This document shows, piece after piece, positions 42,928 to 59,543 of a stretch of DNA of 64,000 nucleotides (positions are counted from its first letter, which is position 1; each line of letters opens with the position of its first letter). The stretch is taken from NCBI RefSeq assembly GCF_009914755.1, contig NC_060940.1. One strand, 5' to 3'. A program made the translations under genes and the position numbers. This DNA comes from the human T2T-CHM13v2.0 reference genome, Homo sapiens. The notes beneath the pieces were generated by a model, which had not been told where the DNA came from, ran no database searches, and worked only from the letters and a program-made list of their open reading frames with translations.

Positions 42928-45137
42928 TTCCTTTCCTATTCTCTATGTCATAGACTCACTACTCCATTCATAACCTATTCTGCTCCTGAATTTGAATGCT
43001 AATATTCTGGGCCCTATATTTTCCTATTTCAATGCATTTGATGGGCCCTTTTAATGTGGAGAATGAGATTATTTCCTTGATCTGGCACTCAAAGGCAAAC
43101 ATAATATCCTTAACTGAATAGGCTTTACTTGAACTTTCTAGCCATATCTACTTCACGTTCCTGATTCCCCTCATCTTCAGAAGATATTCTAAGTTTTTCT
43201 TCTCTTGATAAAGCCATTTTCTAATTTTTAAATGCATCTCTTACTGCTACTTCACAATCCTGATGAAAACTCCTACAGAGAATCTTCACAGAGAACACTG
43301 TCTATCCCATGTAGTGGAAGAATCTCACCCTACTCCACACTACATACATGATTTTTTTGTGTGAATGATTTGCTAGAGTTGTAAATGCATGTCTCTAGTT
43401 TGTTGTCCCCACTTTGCAAAGCTTAAAGGAGCCATGTCTTGTTTTTTAAGTGCTCACCTCTTAATGCACAGTTGGTGCAAATGGAAAAGTTACAGAAATA
43501 AGCTGAATCCTATCTGTACTGGTATTTGTGTATTGTTTATAAAATTTTAGAGAAATAATACAGATGTGAGAAGATGGGAGTACTATGTTTTTGGCAAGAA
43601 TTGCTCTGTGAGTTTTGGCTTTGTGGGCCTGTGGCAGTGGTTCCACATCTCTGAGTATGGTTTCTCATCATTCCTCCAAGGATTTCAGTGCGGCTGAAAC
43701 AGACAGAGCTTCTCAAGAGATCTACACAGTGCCTGGCCCAAAGATGCTGTTCAAAGGATATTAGTTTCTTTTTTCTTAGCTAATTTGAATTCCAGGGTGG
43801 ATAGAATTGGCAGCCATAAAAGGAGCAGGCATAACTTATTCTTGTGACAAATAGCATAACCTTTGAATCTGGGTGATATGTGAGGTGAGTCCTTGTCCTA
43901 TAGAGGCTCTAGGGACCAGAAAATATCAGCATTACAAGTAAGTGAGTGGAGTAACTGACACCCTGACAGCCCAAATGAGATGGAAGCCAAGTTATCATTT
44001 AAATGTCCATCATCTGGCTAAGGGGATACCTGACCTAGTACTGAAATGCCAGTTGGGTAGGGGTGGATAAGGATGGAATTGGTGCCTATTTTTAGCCCCA
44101 GTTTCTAAGCTTTGGATTAGGGAGTCCTGGAATCAGAAAACATGCTGCATTTTCATTCTTTTGGCTTTGCTGCTTTGTAACCTGCTTGCACTTGTTCAAT
44201 ACAGATCAGACCAACTGATAAACGGGCTTGTTGGGTAATGAAGTGTGGGCTGGCATTATTCAAGGCTTACCTCCAGGCTCTCAGAAGGGAAGAAAAATCA
44301 AGGTTCCAAGATCAGAAGCCAGAGTCCTTAGGGAAACAGACAGGGGACGCGAGGCTCCTCTCTGCCAGCACCTTTCTCATGGTCTCTAACTCCCAAGATT
44401 GGTTAATATTCTGTGGGGATCCTTCCCTGTGAACACAGTCAGTGCCCCACAATTTTTCTACAAGGAGAGCACAGTTCTTTCTGCCCTTTCTGTCTCAGCT
44501 TCAATCACTCAGGGAAAAAAAAAAAAAAAAAAGACATAAAGATCCAGAAAGCCATAATGGATGTGTACCTATCTGCATGGGATTTTTAACAAACAGCTGT
44601 CTAGGGTATATTTAAAAAAAGATCCTCCCTGCCAATCAATTAATAGTGTCTGTTTGGAGTTAGAAATCATCAGGGTACTCCCTCATTATACTAATTCATT
44701 ATTTCCTTTCTTCATTCATTCAGTCATTTAACCAATATTTATTAGGAGCCCCAAAGCACTATGGTAGGCCCACAGGATAAAGCAATAATGAAATGTTACA
44801 TGAGAACAGGGAACTTAACTATTTCTGCCCTTAGGAATTTATTTTCAAAAGCTCAACCAAATACGTATGTGTTATAAGCCTTGAACAGTTATTTAAAAGA
44901 AAATAAACACGTACAACAAAGTGAGGACTTATAACAAAGGAACCAGATCCAACCAGGGTATCAGGAGATAATAAATAATAAGTGCTAACACTTACAGTAG
45001 CTTGTATGCAGCAGAAGTTGTTCTAAGCATTAAAAATGCATTAATACATAAAATGAGTTAATACAAATCGCTATTTAAGATGAAATTATAAAGAATCTAT
45101 AGTTAACCAATTGATGGCTGTTAGAAATATTGTGTCC

Positions 45138-45313
45138 TGATAGTGTGTTGGCCCATGCCTATAACCCCAGCATTTTGGGAGGCCGAAGCAGGTGAATTGC
45201 TTGAGGCCAGGAGTTAGAGACCGGCCTGAGCAACATAGGGAGATCCCATCTTTATTTTTAAAGAAATAAATAAACAATAAAATTAAAATGAAGAAAAAAT
45301 AAGTAATAAAAAG
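45138..45313 (+). mobile_element. FLAM (free left Alu monomer)
   Basis: Single Alu arm plus A-rich tail. TSD AGAAATATT(G/A)TGTCC at 45123-45137 and 45314-45328. Confidence 0.85.
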
Positions 45314-45494
45314 AGAAATATTATGTCCAATCCTTTCGCCAGATAAATAAGGGATTGGAGCAAAGGATTTTGAATATGCATGCATTATCCTGAGAAGAAC
45401 ATTCTGGAAAGAAGGCAGGAGAGTAATTATGTGGAAACTACAAATCAATATCCCTCAGTCCTACATACTGAGATTCAGCATCCCCGTCTGAAGT

Positions 45495-45997
45495 ATATTA
45501 TTAAAAAGAAAAAATATGGCCATATTATTTCTAACTCCTCTCATCAAGAGATGACACTTCTCTAGCCCTTCTACCCACTCTTGATCATGTGGCTTGTTTT
45601 GGTCAATGAACTATTATCAAACTGGATGCAAATAAAGGCTTGTAAAGTGCTTGCTCACCGGGGCTTCCTGTTGCTTTGCTGCATCTTGTAACATTGAGAA
45701 CATAATTAAAAAGCTAAGCTAGCCTGCTAGAGGATGAGAGACAAGCTGTGTCTGCTAAAGCACCCCGGACTAAACGGCCCACCATATATACATGTGAGGC
45801 CAAGATTGACTTGGCCCATATAAGCCATCAGCTTATATATATGGTCCCATATAAGCCATCAGCTGACCAGAAAGAGTACCAAAACCAGTTCAAACCAAAA
45901 GAAGTGCCCAGCTGCTCCACAGAACCAGAAGAAAACATTATGTTAAGTCACCAAATTGTGTCATGATGTAATATGTAGCAAAAGTGAATTAATACAT
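45495..45997 (+). mobile_element. MaLR solo LTR (MLT1G/H-like)
   Basis: CTCCTCTCATCAAGAGATG...GTGGCTTGTTTTGGTCAATG...GCTAGCCTGCTAGAGGATGAGAGAC...TAATACA end. Confidence 0.6.
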
Positions 45998-46903
45998 ATT
46001 AACATCTCCATATGACTATTTCAGCCCTCTTTCTCTCTAAGCCCAAGTGGTTTGAATAAAGGAAGAAAATGAATGACAAATACAATCCTTTAGATATAGG
46101 ACTGAGATGATAGGGAATGTAAGAGTTGGCAAGCACCAGGTTTCATCTGGAAGAGGATAGAGAGGAGGATAGAAAAGGGAAGGCAGGGGGATGAAAGAGA
46201 AAATACAAAGAATATTATCAAGTCCTTACCATAAGTTAGGCTCTGTTTACGCAATTTACCTGTGTTATCTCATTTAACTCCCATAACAAACTTCAAATAT
46301 AGCCGTTGAGACCTAAAGAGATTGCATAACTTATTTAAGTCACACATTTAACATATGTTAGACCCAATGTTTTCACTGGGGCAATTTGACTTCATAGCTT
46401 ATGTCCTTAACTAATAACCTCTACTATAACTCAACAGCTTATGTCCTTAACTAATAACCTCTATTGTTATAAAAAAAAATTGTTAGAACAACTTGCCTAT
46501 GACTTTGGTTTTGGATGAAGAAGGAGCTTTTAAAGTTGCCAACCTGGCCGGGATACTTGGGACTGACAGAGGAAAGAAGATGCTCCTATTAATATATATA
46601 ATCAAGGAAAATTATGTCCCTCAAATAATCCCAAAGTGATATGTTCCTGAACAAACAATTTGAGAGATTCTCTGGATTAGGTTGGGTAGTTTTGCTTGAT
46701 GACAAACATGGTCACTTTTTGGCAAATTCTTTTTAATTATACAATAATGATAGAATTGAGTTTATATTATGATTAATACTATAAAATTGATATTAGCATT
46801 GACATTATTATCAAGTTTACCTTAAGTTAGGCAAGATTATAGCTCTTAAATATATTTATTCTTCATCACACATCTCTAAAGGTGCACCAACACATTCCCC
46901 ATT

Positions 46904-47017
46904 GTACTAGGCTTAATACTTCAATGATGAAATAATCTGTACACCAAACCCCCAGGACACAAGCTTACTTAAGTTACAAACCTGCACATGCACCCCTGAA
47001 CTTAAAATAAAAATTTA
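46904..47017 (+). mobile_element. Short L1PA (PA11-15-like) 3' end inserted into a MIR
   Basis: GATGAAATAATCTGTACACCAAACCCCC..ACAAACCTGCACATGCACCCCTGAACTTAAAATAAA. Degenerate TSD AACACATT(C/A)CC(C/A)ATT. Confidence 0.75.
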
Positions 47018-49478
47018 AACACATTACCAATTTTATAGATAGCAAAACTAAGCCACCACAGAGAGAAATTGAGTAACTTAACAAAAGAGTGAGCATGGAT
47101 AAATGAAAAAGCAATGATTCCAACCTAGCAAACAGATTTATGAGCCTGGATACTTAACCACTATCTTATTCCCTTCAACTGCTGGACTGATAACTTTATT
47201 TTCTCCTCCCAGTCCTAATGACTTCTCCATCCCTAAAGAAAACCAAAGCCTGAGGGGTAAATCAACCCAATACTATCCTACCTTTAAAATCTGTTCAGAT
47301 ATCTAGGGTCTTCCTTACTTCCTTTAATATGGTACTACAAACCTGGAGATAACCATTTGCTATGAGCTACCAGTTAGCAGCAACTCGCACCTGAAAAGCT
47401 AGCATTCATGTTTTCTGCTTACCTTCTTTCTATATTTTATCTATAGTTGTCTACAGTAAGAGTTATTGTTACAGCTTTGGAGAGGGTGGTTTATAAAGAG
47501 TGACAAGGGCAAGATGTAGGTATAGGTGCGTCTTATCTACTCTTATTTTTGAGCTTAGGACTGGGAGGCTATTAATCACACTGACATCCTAAAGGAATGC
47601 CTGGCTAAAATCTATTCCTCCATTCTCAATCCACGTGTTCTTTCTTAGACTGGAAGGAACAAGGGCAGGAAAGATGAAAGGAAGAGGTGGTGGGAGAAAA
47701 TTAGTAGAATGGTTGCAGAACAAAGTAAAAATCAGGGAGGAATTCCCAAGTCAAATCTACTGCTACCTACGTTGCAGGGGTAGCCAGAGAGTCACAAGGA
47801 TTAGAATAAAACTGACATGGGCTATGCGCAGAATTACATCCATTTTGTGCCTGCATCACTTATCTCCTTGGACTTGGAAGGACATGGACCCCAATTCTTC
47901 CCTGTAGGAAATCATGCTTTGGATGCTGATTCCCTCCCCAGGAATCTGTAGCTTCCCTTTAACTTTCCATATTTTAGTTTTCACTTTCCTTCACTGTATT
48001 TCTCTTTGCTAAGAACATTGATCTCCAGCTTTGAGAACCTGCATGCCTATCTAAAGTGGGGGATCTAGATAGGAACTTGCCACATGACTATATTCCCAGA
48101 CAGGCTTATCAGTCTTACTGCTGCAACCTGTGTGATTTTGGGGAGCCTCTTAACCACCTCTGTACCTGAATTTCACTGCCCACTTTAGGCTCTTATCATC
48201 TCTTCTCTTCCATGGGTGTTATCTAACTCAATAATAGCTTCTCTCCCACTATCTCCCCTTCACCCTGCACAAGGGAATAGCTATCAATCTTTATGGTGCT
48301 CTCGCTCTATGTCATAGGCAATAGAGACAGATGGATATATATGAAGCACAATCTTGATATAAAATCTAAAGTCTTTAGTAAGCATGTGCCTGCTTCATTA
48401 TGAGGGCCGTTGCTTAGCCATTGATCAATCTACCATGCCTCAACCAAGGGCAAGAAGAAGGTCAATGAACAAACATATTGGCTATGCAATGCAGAAACAT
48501 AACTGCACCTAGAAGTAACACACAGGCCATAATTACCAAATATTTTGTTGTGGGAAGGGGCAGGGTAACAGACAAAAAATTAAATAAATAATTTTAAATG
48601 AAGCTGTGATTCAAAGCCCCCATTAAGGGCCCTATTAACTAGAAGAACATACACTATGTCTCCATCATTTTCTTAAGATTGTAGGTAAATTACTTGCTAA
48701 AAGACGTAGTACTATCATTTTTATTTCCATTCTCACTATACCCACAAGTTTAAAGAGTAATCATTTCCGTTCACAGACGAGGAAACTGAGAGTAAAAGAG
48801 AAATAATGTACCCAAGGTTATATGACCAAAATGTGGCAAGGACTCCAACTCCATCCAACTCCAGAACCCAAGATTCCTCTAAACAATGAACTGCCTATAA
48901 AGGTATATTTTTTTCTAAGTAGCCTGGGTTGGACAAAGCAATTATTCTGGCAACTGGGCCCCATGCTAGGAAAAAACAATCCTTAAGTGCAATAAAACTA
49001 GTGTTTTCCCTGGGAGATTTAGCCATCATTAGCGAAAAGCTTCATTTGCAATAATGTGTGCAGCCCGCTGTAGTGGGCCAGAGCAATGCATTATCACTAA
49101 CTCAGAGAGATTAATTTAACGGGCAATTATATGCTTCCTGCTTTGAAATACTTTCAGGTAACCAATAGTCATGTACTTTCTACAAATGCCATGCCAATTG
49201 TCTGCTCCCAGGTACAGAGTGTCAGAGAGTTTTGAAACTTTCTATTCCACACCATCACGTTCTCTGTGAAGGACATTTTAAAATGAGCATTCAGTGCATC
49301 TAAAATGCCCCTGCAGAGACTCTATTCTAAGCAAATTGATTCCCACATTCTCAGTATTCTTTACTGTCCTATGGCTATAATCAGCATGGGAAAATTTTAA
49401 AAAAAAGAACAAACAAACCAACAATGCCTCATCTTTCTTTGCCTCCCTTTGCAGTATTGTCAAATTTTAATGTTCGTT

Positions 49479-49480
<2 letters not shown>

Positions 49481-49534
<54 letters not shown>
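49481..49534 (+). repeat. (TG)23 followed by CGCGCATG
   Basis: Direct count. Confidence 0.95.
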
Positions 49535-51390
49535 GTGAGGGAAACAAGGAAGAAGTTGTGAGAAGTAAATTCCTGAAACTCTCCCTTGAGATTCTAATTC
49601 AATAGGTCTCAAACGAAATCTGGACTATTCCTTGTTTGTTTGTTTTAGACAATTTTCTAGGCAATTCTAATCAATGGTCTGCTTTGAAAAACAGCCTTCT
49701 AAAATGTACTATGCTGTGTTCTCTATTCTATGTTCTTCAGTTTCCTAATCTATAAAATGGGATTAGGATTCTGGTTTTAAAAGTTCCAAAGTTCTGCTAT
49801 GTTTATTAGGCAATATTCTTACTCTCCATAATAAAATGCATGCTTTTTCATTCCTTCACCTCACCCTTGTCCTTGCCCTAGCCTTCTCCTTTGCACAGAA
49901 AAACCGTTTCGTTCACTTGATTCAAGAAATGATGTAGCAGTATCAGAAGCTCAAATTGAGCAAGAAGATAAAGAGGAAAGAAGATTGAAGTGAGGTTTCT
50001 GTGGAAGGTGTTTAAGGACATATATTCTGCAGTTAAACAAAGATCTGATCCTGTACCTCCACTCTCATCCTTGCCCTCTGTGAAATTTTGACAAGTTACT
50101 TAACCTGTATCTGAGTTTCTTTGCCTGGAAAATGCTTATAATAATAGTAGTCACTTTTCAGCAAATGTTATGAGAATTAAAAGCATCGAAGGGCTTTTTT
50201 CAGTTTATTTTCTCATTGTTTTCATTATTCAGCTAAATTTACCTTAAATCTTCATCATCATGGTAAATAGCAGCCATGCACTGTAGTTTCAGGGAATGGG
50301 GTTGCTACTAGCAGAGATATACTATACAAGCCTAATCTCTTGTTAGCACATGGACATCTGCCTGCCAGCTCATGTGATAAGATGTGCCAGTTGATCAGGA
50401 TAACATGTTAGATCCACTACCACTGAAATACTTGGGTAATAAACACAGTGAAGCATCTCAGCCTCGGTTAAGTGAATCTGACACAAGAGGATAAAGAATG
50501 ACATCTCCATTCTCATTAAGAGATAACAGATGGACTTTGCTAAAATCCACTTTTTAGCCTAATTTCATTTGTTTAAATCTTTTATCTGATGAGATAGCAT
50601 TCTGAGAGTCATTTTAAATTGTTCTCCCTGGAATGACTATTTCTTTATCATTATTAGAACCTCCCCCTATGGGGTTCTGCTATTCTGAATGGTTTTAAAT
50701 ATTCATCTCAGACAAATTCTATAAATCTCCTTTTAATTTTTTTCCCCAAGACATGGTCTGTGGCTTTGGAAAATAAACATCATGTGATGGGCTAAATAAT
50801 CAAATCAAGTCAAAACAAGTTTCTAAGCTATGTTCATAGTAATTTCAATTTTTTTAATTTCTCTGTGATCTTATGATTTCCACTTCCCTTTATGATTAAG
50901 AAAATAGATGGTTTAATTGTACACTTAAAGTTCTCAAATTTATGCCACCCCAGCTAGTATTTTACAACTAAAATTTAAAGCTCTCTTTTGTATTCTCATC
51001 CTTGTTTGTTCTAAGAAAGAAATCTGCAAAAATTCAAACAAAGACAGATTTTTAAGTTTGCAGTCTAATATTTCTTAAGATGTTTGACATGAATTCAGCT
51101 TGTTTCTTGGCCAAAATGCACCTGTGCATGAACATCTTCCCTGACTGAGCTTGGTAGCCTTGTCACCCTGCAGCTAACAGCTCAATGCCCTGGAGCATCT
51201 ATTTTTGTATCTGTTTTTCTTACTTGTGTGGGATTTCTCAAAAATGAGTCTTTTGTTTCTGGATTGTCCTGAAATGTTTCTTAAGCCAAGCTCTGTGTAT
51301 TCATTGCTTTGAGTACATTTTGCTGATAACTCATAAACCTTGATGGATATTTAAGTAAAGGAGTCTATCTTATTTTAAAAAGGTGGCATG

Positions 51391-51662
51391 GGCCTTGGTT
51401 GTGGATCCTGTTTGTAATCCCAGCAGGAGGATCAGTGGAGGTGAGGAGTTAAAGACTAGCCTGGGCAACATGGTGAGACCCTGTTTCTAAAAAAAAAACC
51501 AAAACCAAAAACAAAAACAAAAAAAACTACAATTAGCCAGGCATGATGGCTTGTGCCTGTAGGCCCAGATGCTAGGGAGTCTAAAGCAGGAGGATCACTT
51601 GAGCCCAGGGTGGAGTGAGCTATGATATAGTGCCTGGGCAAAAGAGAGAGATCTATCTCAAA
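51391..51662 (+). mobile_element. Highly diverged AluJo-like with internal deletions
   Basis: Two Alu arms, an expanded A-rich linker and AGGAGGATCACTTGAGCCCAGG. Confidence 0.8.
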
Positions 51663-52139
51663 GGTAACATGAATTAAGTTTAACTCTACTAGATTGTTTT
51701 CAGTATATGTGAAAATTCTTTATAATTATTGACTATCCACATTAAAGAAGACTGGATTTTTTTGAGCTTTTTATAAAGCCTTAAGTCATCTAAATAGATA
51801 CAACTTTTCTGAGAGGCTTAAGGTGATAATCAGGCTTCAACATGGTAAATTACTAAAAAAATTATGTTTACATCTTTCTAAATGAGGTTAACACTTCTAA
51901 CAAACCAAAATCACCAAATGGCATGCTTTATTTGCTTCTTCTCTTCATGTTACAAGGAGAAACTGCCGTGATGGTAAGACACTAGGGAAGAAAATAGTAC
52001 TCCTAAGGCAGGGGAAACAGCAAAGTTTCCAAAGCTCTGTTTCTATCCAGAGCCAGAGTTTGGCAGTGTTGAAACTACATATCAACTTGACTGCATGTTC
52101 TCTGCCTGCACTCAAGGCTGCTATAAGAAACAAACATTC

Positions 52140-53040
52140 GGAGGAGCCAAGATGGCCGAATAGGAACAGCTCCGGTCTACAGCTCCCAGCGTGAGCGACG
52201 CAGAAGACGGGTGATTTCTGCATTTCCATCTGAGGTACCGGGTTCATCTCACTAGGGAGTGCCAGACAGTGGGCGCAGGCCAGTGGGTGCGCGCACCGTC
52301 CGCGAGCCGAAGCAGGGCGAGGCATTGCCTCACCTGGGAAGCACAAGGGGTCAGGGAGTTCCCTTTCCGAGTCAAAGAAAGGGGTGACGGACGCACCTGG
52401 AAAATCGGGTCACTCCAACCCGAATATTGCGCTTTTCAGACCGGCTTAAAAAACGGCGCACCACGAGACTATATCCCACACCTGGCTCGGAGGGTCCTAC
52501 GCCCACGGAGTCTCGCTGATTGCTAGCACAGCAGTCTGAGATCAAACTGCAAGGCAGCAGCGAGGCTGGGGGAGGGGCGCCCGCCATTGCCCAGGCTTGC
52601 TTAGGTAAACAAAGCAGCCAGGAAGCTCGAACTGGGTGGAGCCCACCACAGCTCAAGGAGGCCTGCCTGCCTCTGTAGGCTCCACCTCTGGGGGCAGGGC
52701 ACAGACAAACAAAAAGACAGCAGTAACCTCTGCAGACTTAAATGTCCCTGTCTGACAGCTTTGAAGAGAGCAGTGGGTCTCCCAGCATGCAGCTGGAGAT
52801 CTGAGAACGGGCAGACTGCCTCCTCAAGTGGGTCCCTGACCCCTGACCCCTGAGCAGCCTAACTGGGAGGCACCCCCCAGCAGGGGCACACTGACACCTC
52901 ACATGGCAGGGTATTCCAACAGACCTGCAGCTGAGGGTCCTGTGTTAGAAGGAAAACTAACAAACAGAAAGGACATCCACACCGAAAACCTATCTGTACA
53001 TCACCATCATCAAAGACCAAAAGTAGATAAAACCACAAAG
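52140..53040. promoter_or_regulatory. L1 5'UTR: internal sense promoter and antisense promoter (ASP), CpG-rich
   Basis: Intact YY1 site CAAGATGGCCG at 52148-52158. Many CpGs are retained against a CpG-poor background. Bidirectional promoter activity is established for young L1 5'UTRs. Confidence 0.75.
52372..52587 (-). CDS. L1 ORF0, intact 71-aa antisense ORF
   Basis: MAGAPPPASLLPCSLISDCCASNQRDSVGVGPSEPGVGYSLVVRRFLSRSEKRNIRVGVTRFSRCVRHPFL*. ATG at 52587. Splice donors CAG|GTGTGG after nt +106 (52482) and CAG|GTGCGT after nt +191 (52397). Confidence 0.85.
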   Translation of the reverse strand: MAGAPPPASLLPCSLISDCCASNQRDSVGVGPSEPGVGYSLVVRRFLSRSEKRNIRVGVTRFSRCVRHPFL

Positions 53041-54056
53041 ATGGGGAAAAAACAGAACAGAAAAACTGGAAACTCTAAAACGCAGAGCGCCTCTCCTCCT
53101 CCAAAGGAACGCAGTTCCTCACCAGCAATGGAACAAAGCTGGATGGAGAATGACTTTGACGAGCTGAGAGAAGAAGGCTTCAGACGATCAAATTACTCTG
53201 AGCTACGGGAGGACATTCAAACCAAAGGCAAAGAAGTTGAAAACTTTGAAAAAAATTTAGAAGAATGTATAACTAGAATAACCAATACAGAGAAGTGCTT
53301 AAAGGAGCTGATGGAGCTGAAAACCAAGGCTCGAGAACTACGTGAAGAATGCAGAAGCCTCAGGAGCCGATGCGATCAACTGGAAGAAAGGGTATCAGCA
53401 ATGGAAGATGAAATGAATGAAATGAAGCGAGAAGGGAAGGTTAGAGAAAAAAGAATAAAAAGAAATGAGCAAAGCCTCCAAGAAATATGGGACTATGTGA
53501 AAAGACCAAATCTACATCTCATTGGTGTACCTGAAAGTGATGGGGAGAATGGAACCAAGTTGGAAAACACTCTGCAGGATATTATCCAGGAGAACTTCCG
53601 CAATCTAGCAAGGCAGGCCAACGTTCAGATTCAGGAAATACAGAGAACGCCACAAAGATACTCCTCAAGAAGAGCAACTCCAAGACACATAATTGTCAGA
53701 TTCACCAAAGTTGAAATGAAGGAAAAAATGTTAAGGGCAGCCAGAGAGAAAGGTCGGGTTACCCTCAAAGGGAAGCCCATCAGACTAACAGCGGATCTCT
53801 CGGCAGAAACCCTACAAGCCAGAAGAGAGTGGGGCCAATATTCAACATTCTTAAAGAAAAGAATTTTCAACCCAGAATTTCATGTCCAGCCAAACTAAGC
53901 TTCATAAGTGAAGGAGAAATAAAATACTTTACAGACAAGCAAATGCTGACAGATTTTGTCACCACCAGGACTGCCCTATAAGAGCTCCTGAAGGAAGCGC
54001 TAAACATGGAAAGGAACAACCGGTACCAGCTGCTGCAAAATCATGCCAAAATGTAA
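53041..54056 (+). pseudogene. L1 ORF1p, frameshifted
   Basis: Starts MGKKQNRKTG at 53041. A 1-bp deletion in the G run at 53831-53834 changes ARREWGPIF to ARREWGQYS, giving an early stop at 53898. The native end (..AKM*) is at 54056. Confidence 0.92.
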
Positions 54057-54092
54057 AGACCATCGAGGCTAGGAAGAAACTGCATCAACTAA

Positions 54093-57947
<3,855 letters not shown>

Positions 57948-59406
57948 ACAATGAGATCACATGGACACAGGAAGGGGAATATCACACTCTGGGGACTGTG
58001 GTGGGGGGGGCGGGGGGAGGGATAGCATTGGAAGATATACCTAATGCTAGATGACGAGTTAGTGGGTGTAGCGCACCAGCATGGCACATGTATACATATG
58101 TAACTAACCTGCACAATGTGCACATGTACCCTAAAACTTAAAGTATAATAAAAAAAAAAAAAAGAAACAAACATTCTTCACTCTTGAATCTTCACTCTTT
58201 CACACAAGCGTTCTTTTTATAAGGCTTGGTAGAGGACATTTTCCTCACATCACAAAACCAGAAAAAACATTGTTTCTCCTGAACACCTGGATTACTCTTT
58301 TTTAAATACAAACAAAGTAATCATTTTTCACAGAGATATTTCCCCTGTTTTCACATTAGCTGCCAGACAGTGAGTGAATTTTAGGGCATATTTCCTATAA
58401 TTATCATCTATATTTCTCTATATGGTATGTGTGCCCATGAATCTTTCTTAACATTGATTTTTATTTCTTATTCAAATTCCCTTTACCTCAACTCTCTTGG
58501 AATTTATTGTCTCCTTTGAATTTGTGCACAACTTCAAAGTCCTTTATAGAAAGAAGCTATTCAGATAATAAGCAACATGTTTTTTGCTAGGAAATAAAAT
58601 GGACATCCTCTCCCTTTTCCATTTTTTGTATAATAAAAGTTGATAAAGTAGATGTAAGCTCTTAAAGACAGTTTGGCACCAAATTTCACCATATAGCTAT
58701 TGTTTAGAGACTCCATTATAGTTTTATCAAGTGCAAAGAAGAAAAAAAAGTCAATAAAAAGATTAACAAGTTATTTTAACAACCCTAGACTCTCCTCCCC
58801 CATAATAAAATAGCTCAAATGTTTTCACAAAATGTATGAAAAAAATTACATTGAATTGATATTGATATAATTTTAAACAGCCTATGATTACTGTGTAAAA
58901 TACATTAGACTCTAAAAAAAACAAAAAATTATCTATAATCTCTCCTACCCAAAATAATACATATTGATAAAGCTTCCATCTATATTTTCCACATGTATGT
59001 ATGCATGTGTATGATTTAAATATGTGTTTCTATATTGTATGTACCATACTATATGTATATGTGTGTCCAATTATTTAAATTATAGTGTACAGTTCTTGAA
59101 TTTTTTTAACCTACTGTTTTATACTAAATCTTTTCCTCTTACTTTAAAATGCAAAGCATTGTTTTTAATGGCTGAATAATGGATATAAGAATGTTTCCTT
59201 CTCACATATCCTGAAACATTTCAGTAATTTACCACAGTGTAAGTTATTTTGTGTTGAGATGATACATTCAAAGGCTCCTTGGGAACAATCAAATAAGTTC
59301 CAATGTCAAGGTACCTAACAGAAACAGGGGCTGCTTATCACGTTATTAATAAGCATAAATTGAACTCAGTCACACAAGGAAGAAATGAACAAATCCAGGC
59401 ACTTAC

Positions 59407-59543
59407 TAATTTCAGTAGCAATGATTGTTATGTTGTGCCATACACTTAATTCTCTGTCAAGTGGTGTTGCCAGCGTTATCTTCCCATCGTCTGCATTAAT
59501 GTTGAACTGCCTCTCCAGGTCAGTGTGCCGGTCGATGGAAAAC
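59407..59543 (-). CDS. CDH8: Internal coding exon of cadherin-8 (type II classical cadherin, EC4 repeat), 137 bp, phase 2 start / phase 1 end
   Basis: Minus strand reads tgttttgtag|G TTT TCC ATC GAC ... GAA ATT A|gtaagt, with canonical splice sites. It encodes FSIDRHTDLERQFNINADDGKITLATPLDRELSVWHNITIIATEI, including the cadherin LDRE motif. The peptide matches recalled CDH8 and differs from CDH11. Confidence 0.95.

Noticed and set aside
57991-58022. G-quadruplex-forming tract
   Set aside because: It is a standard L1 3'UTR feature, not specific to this locus.
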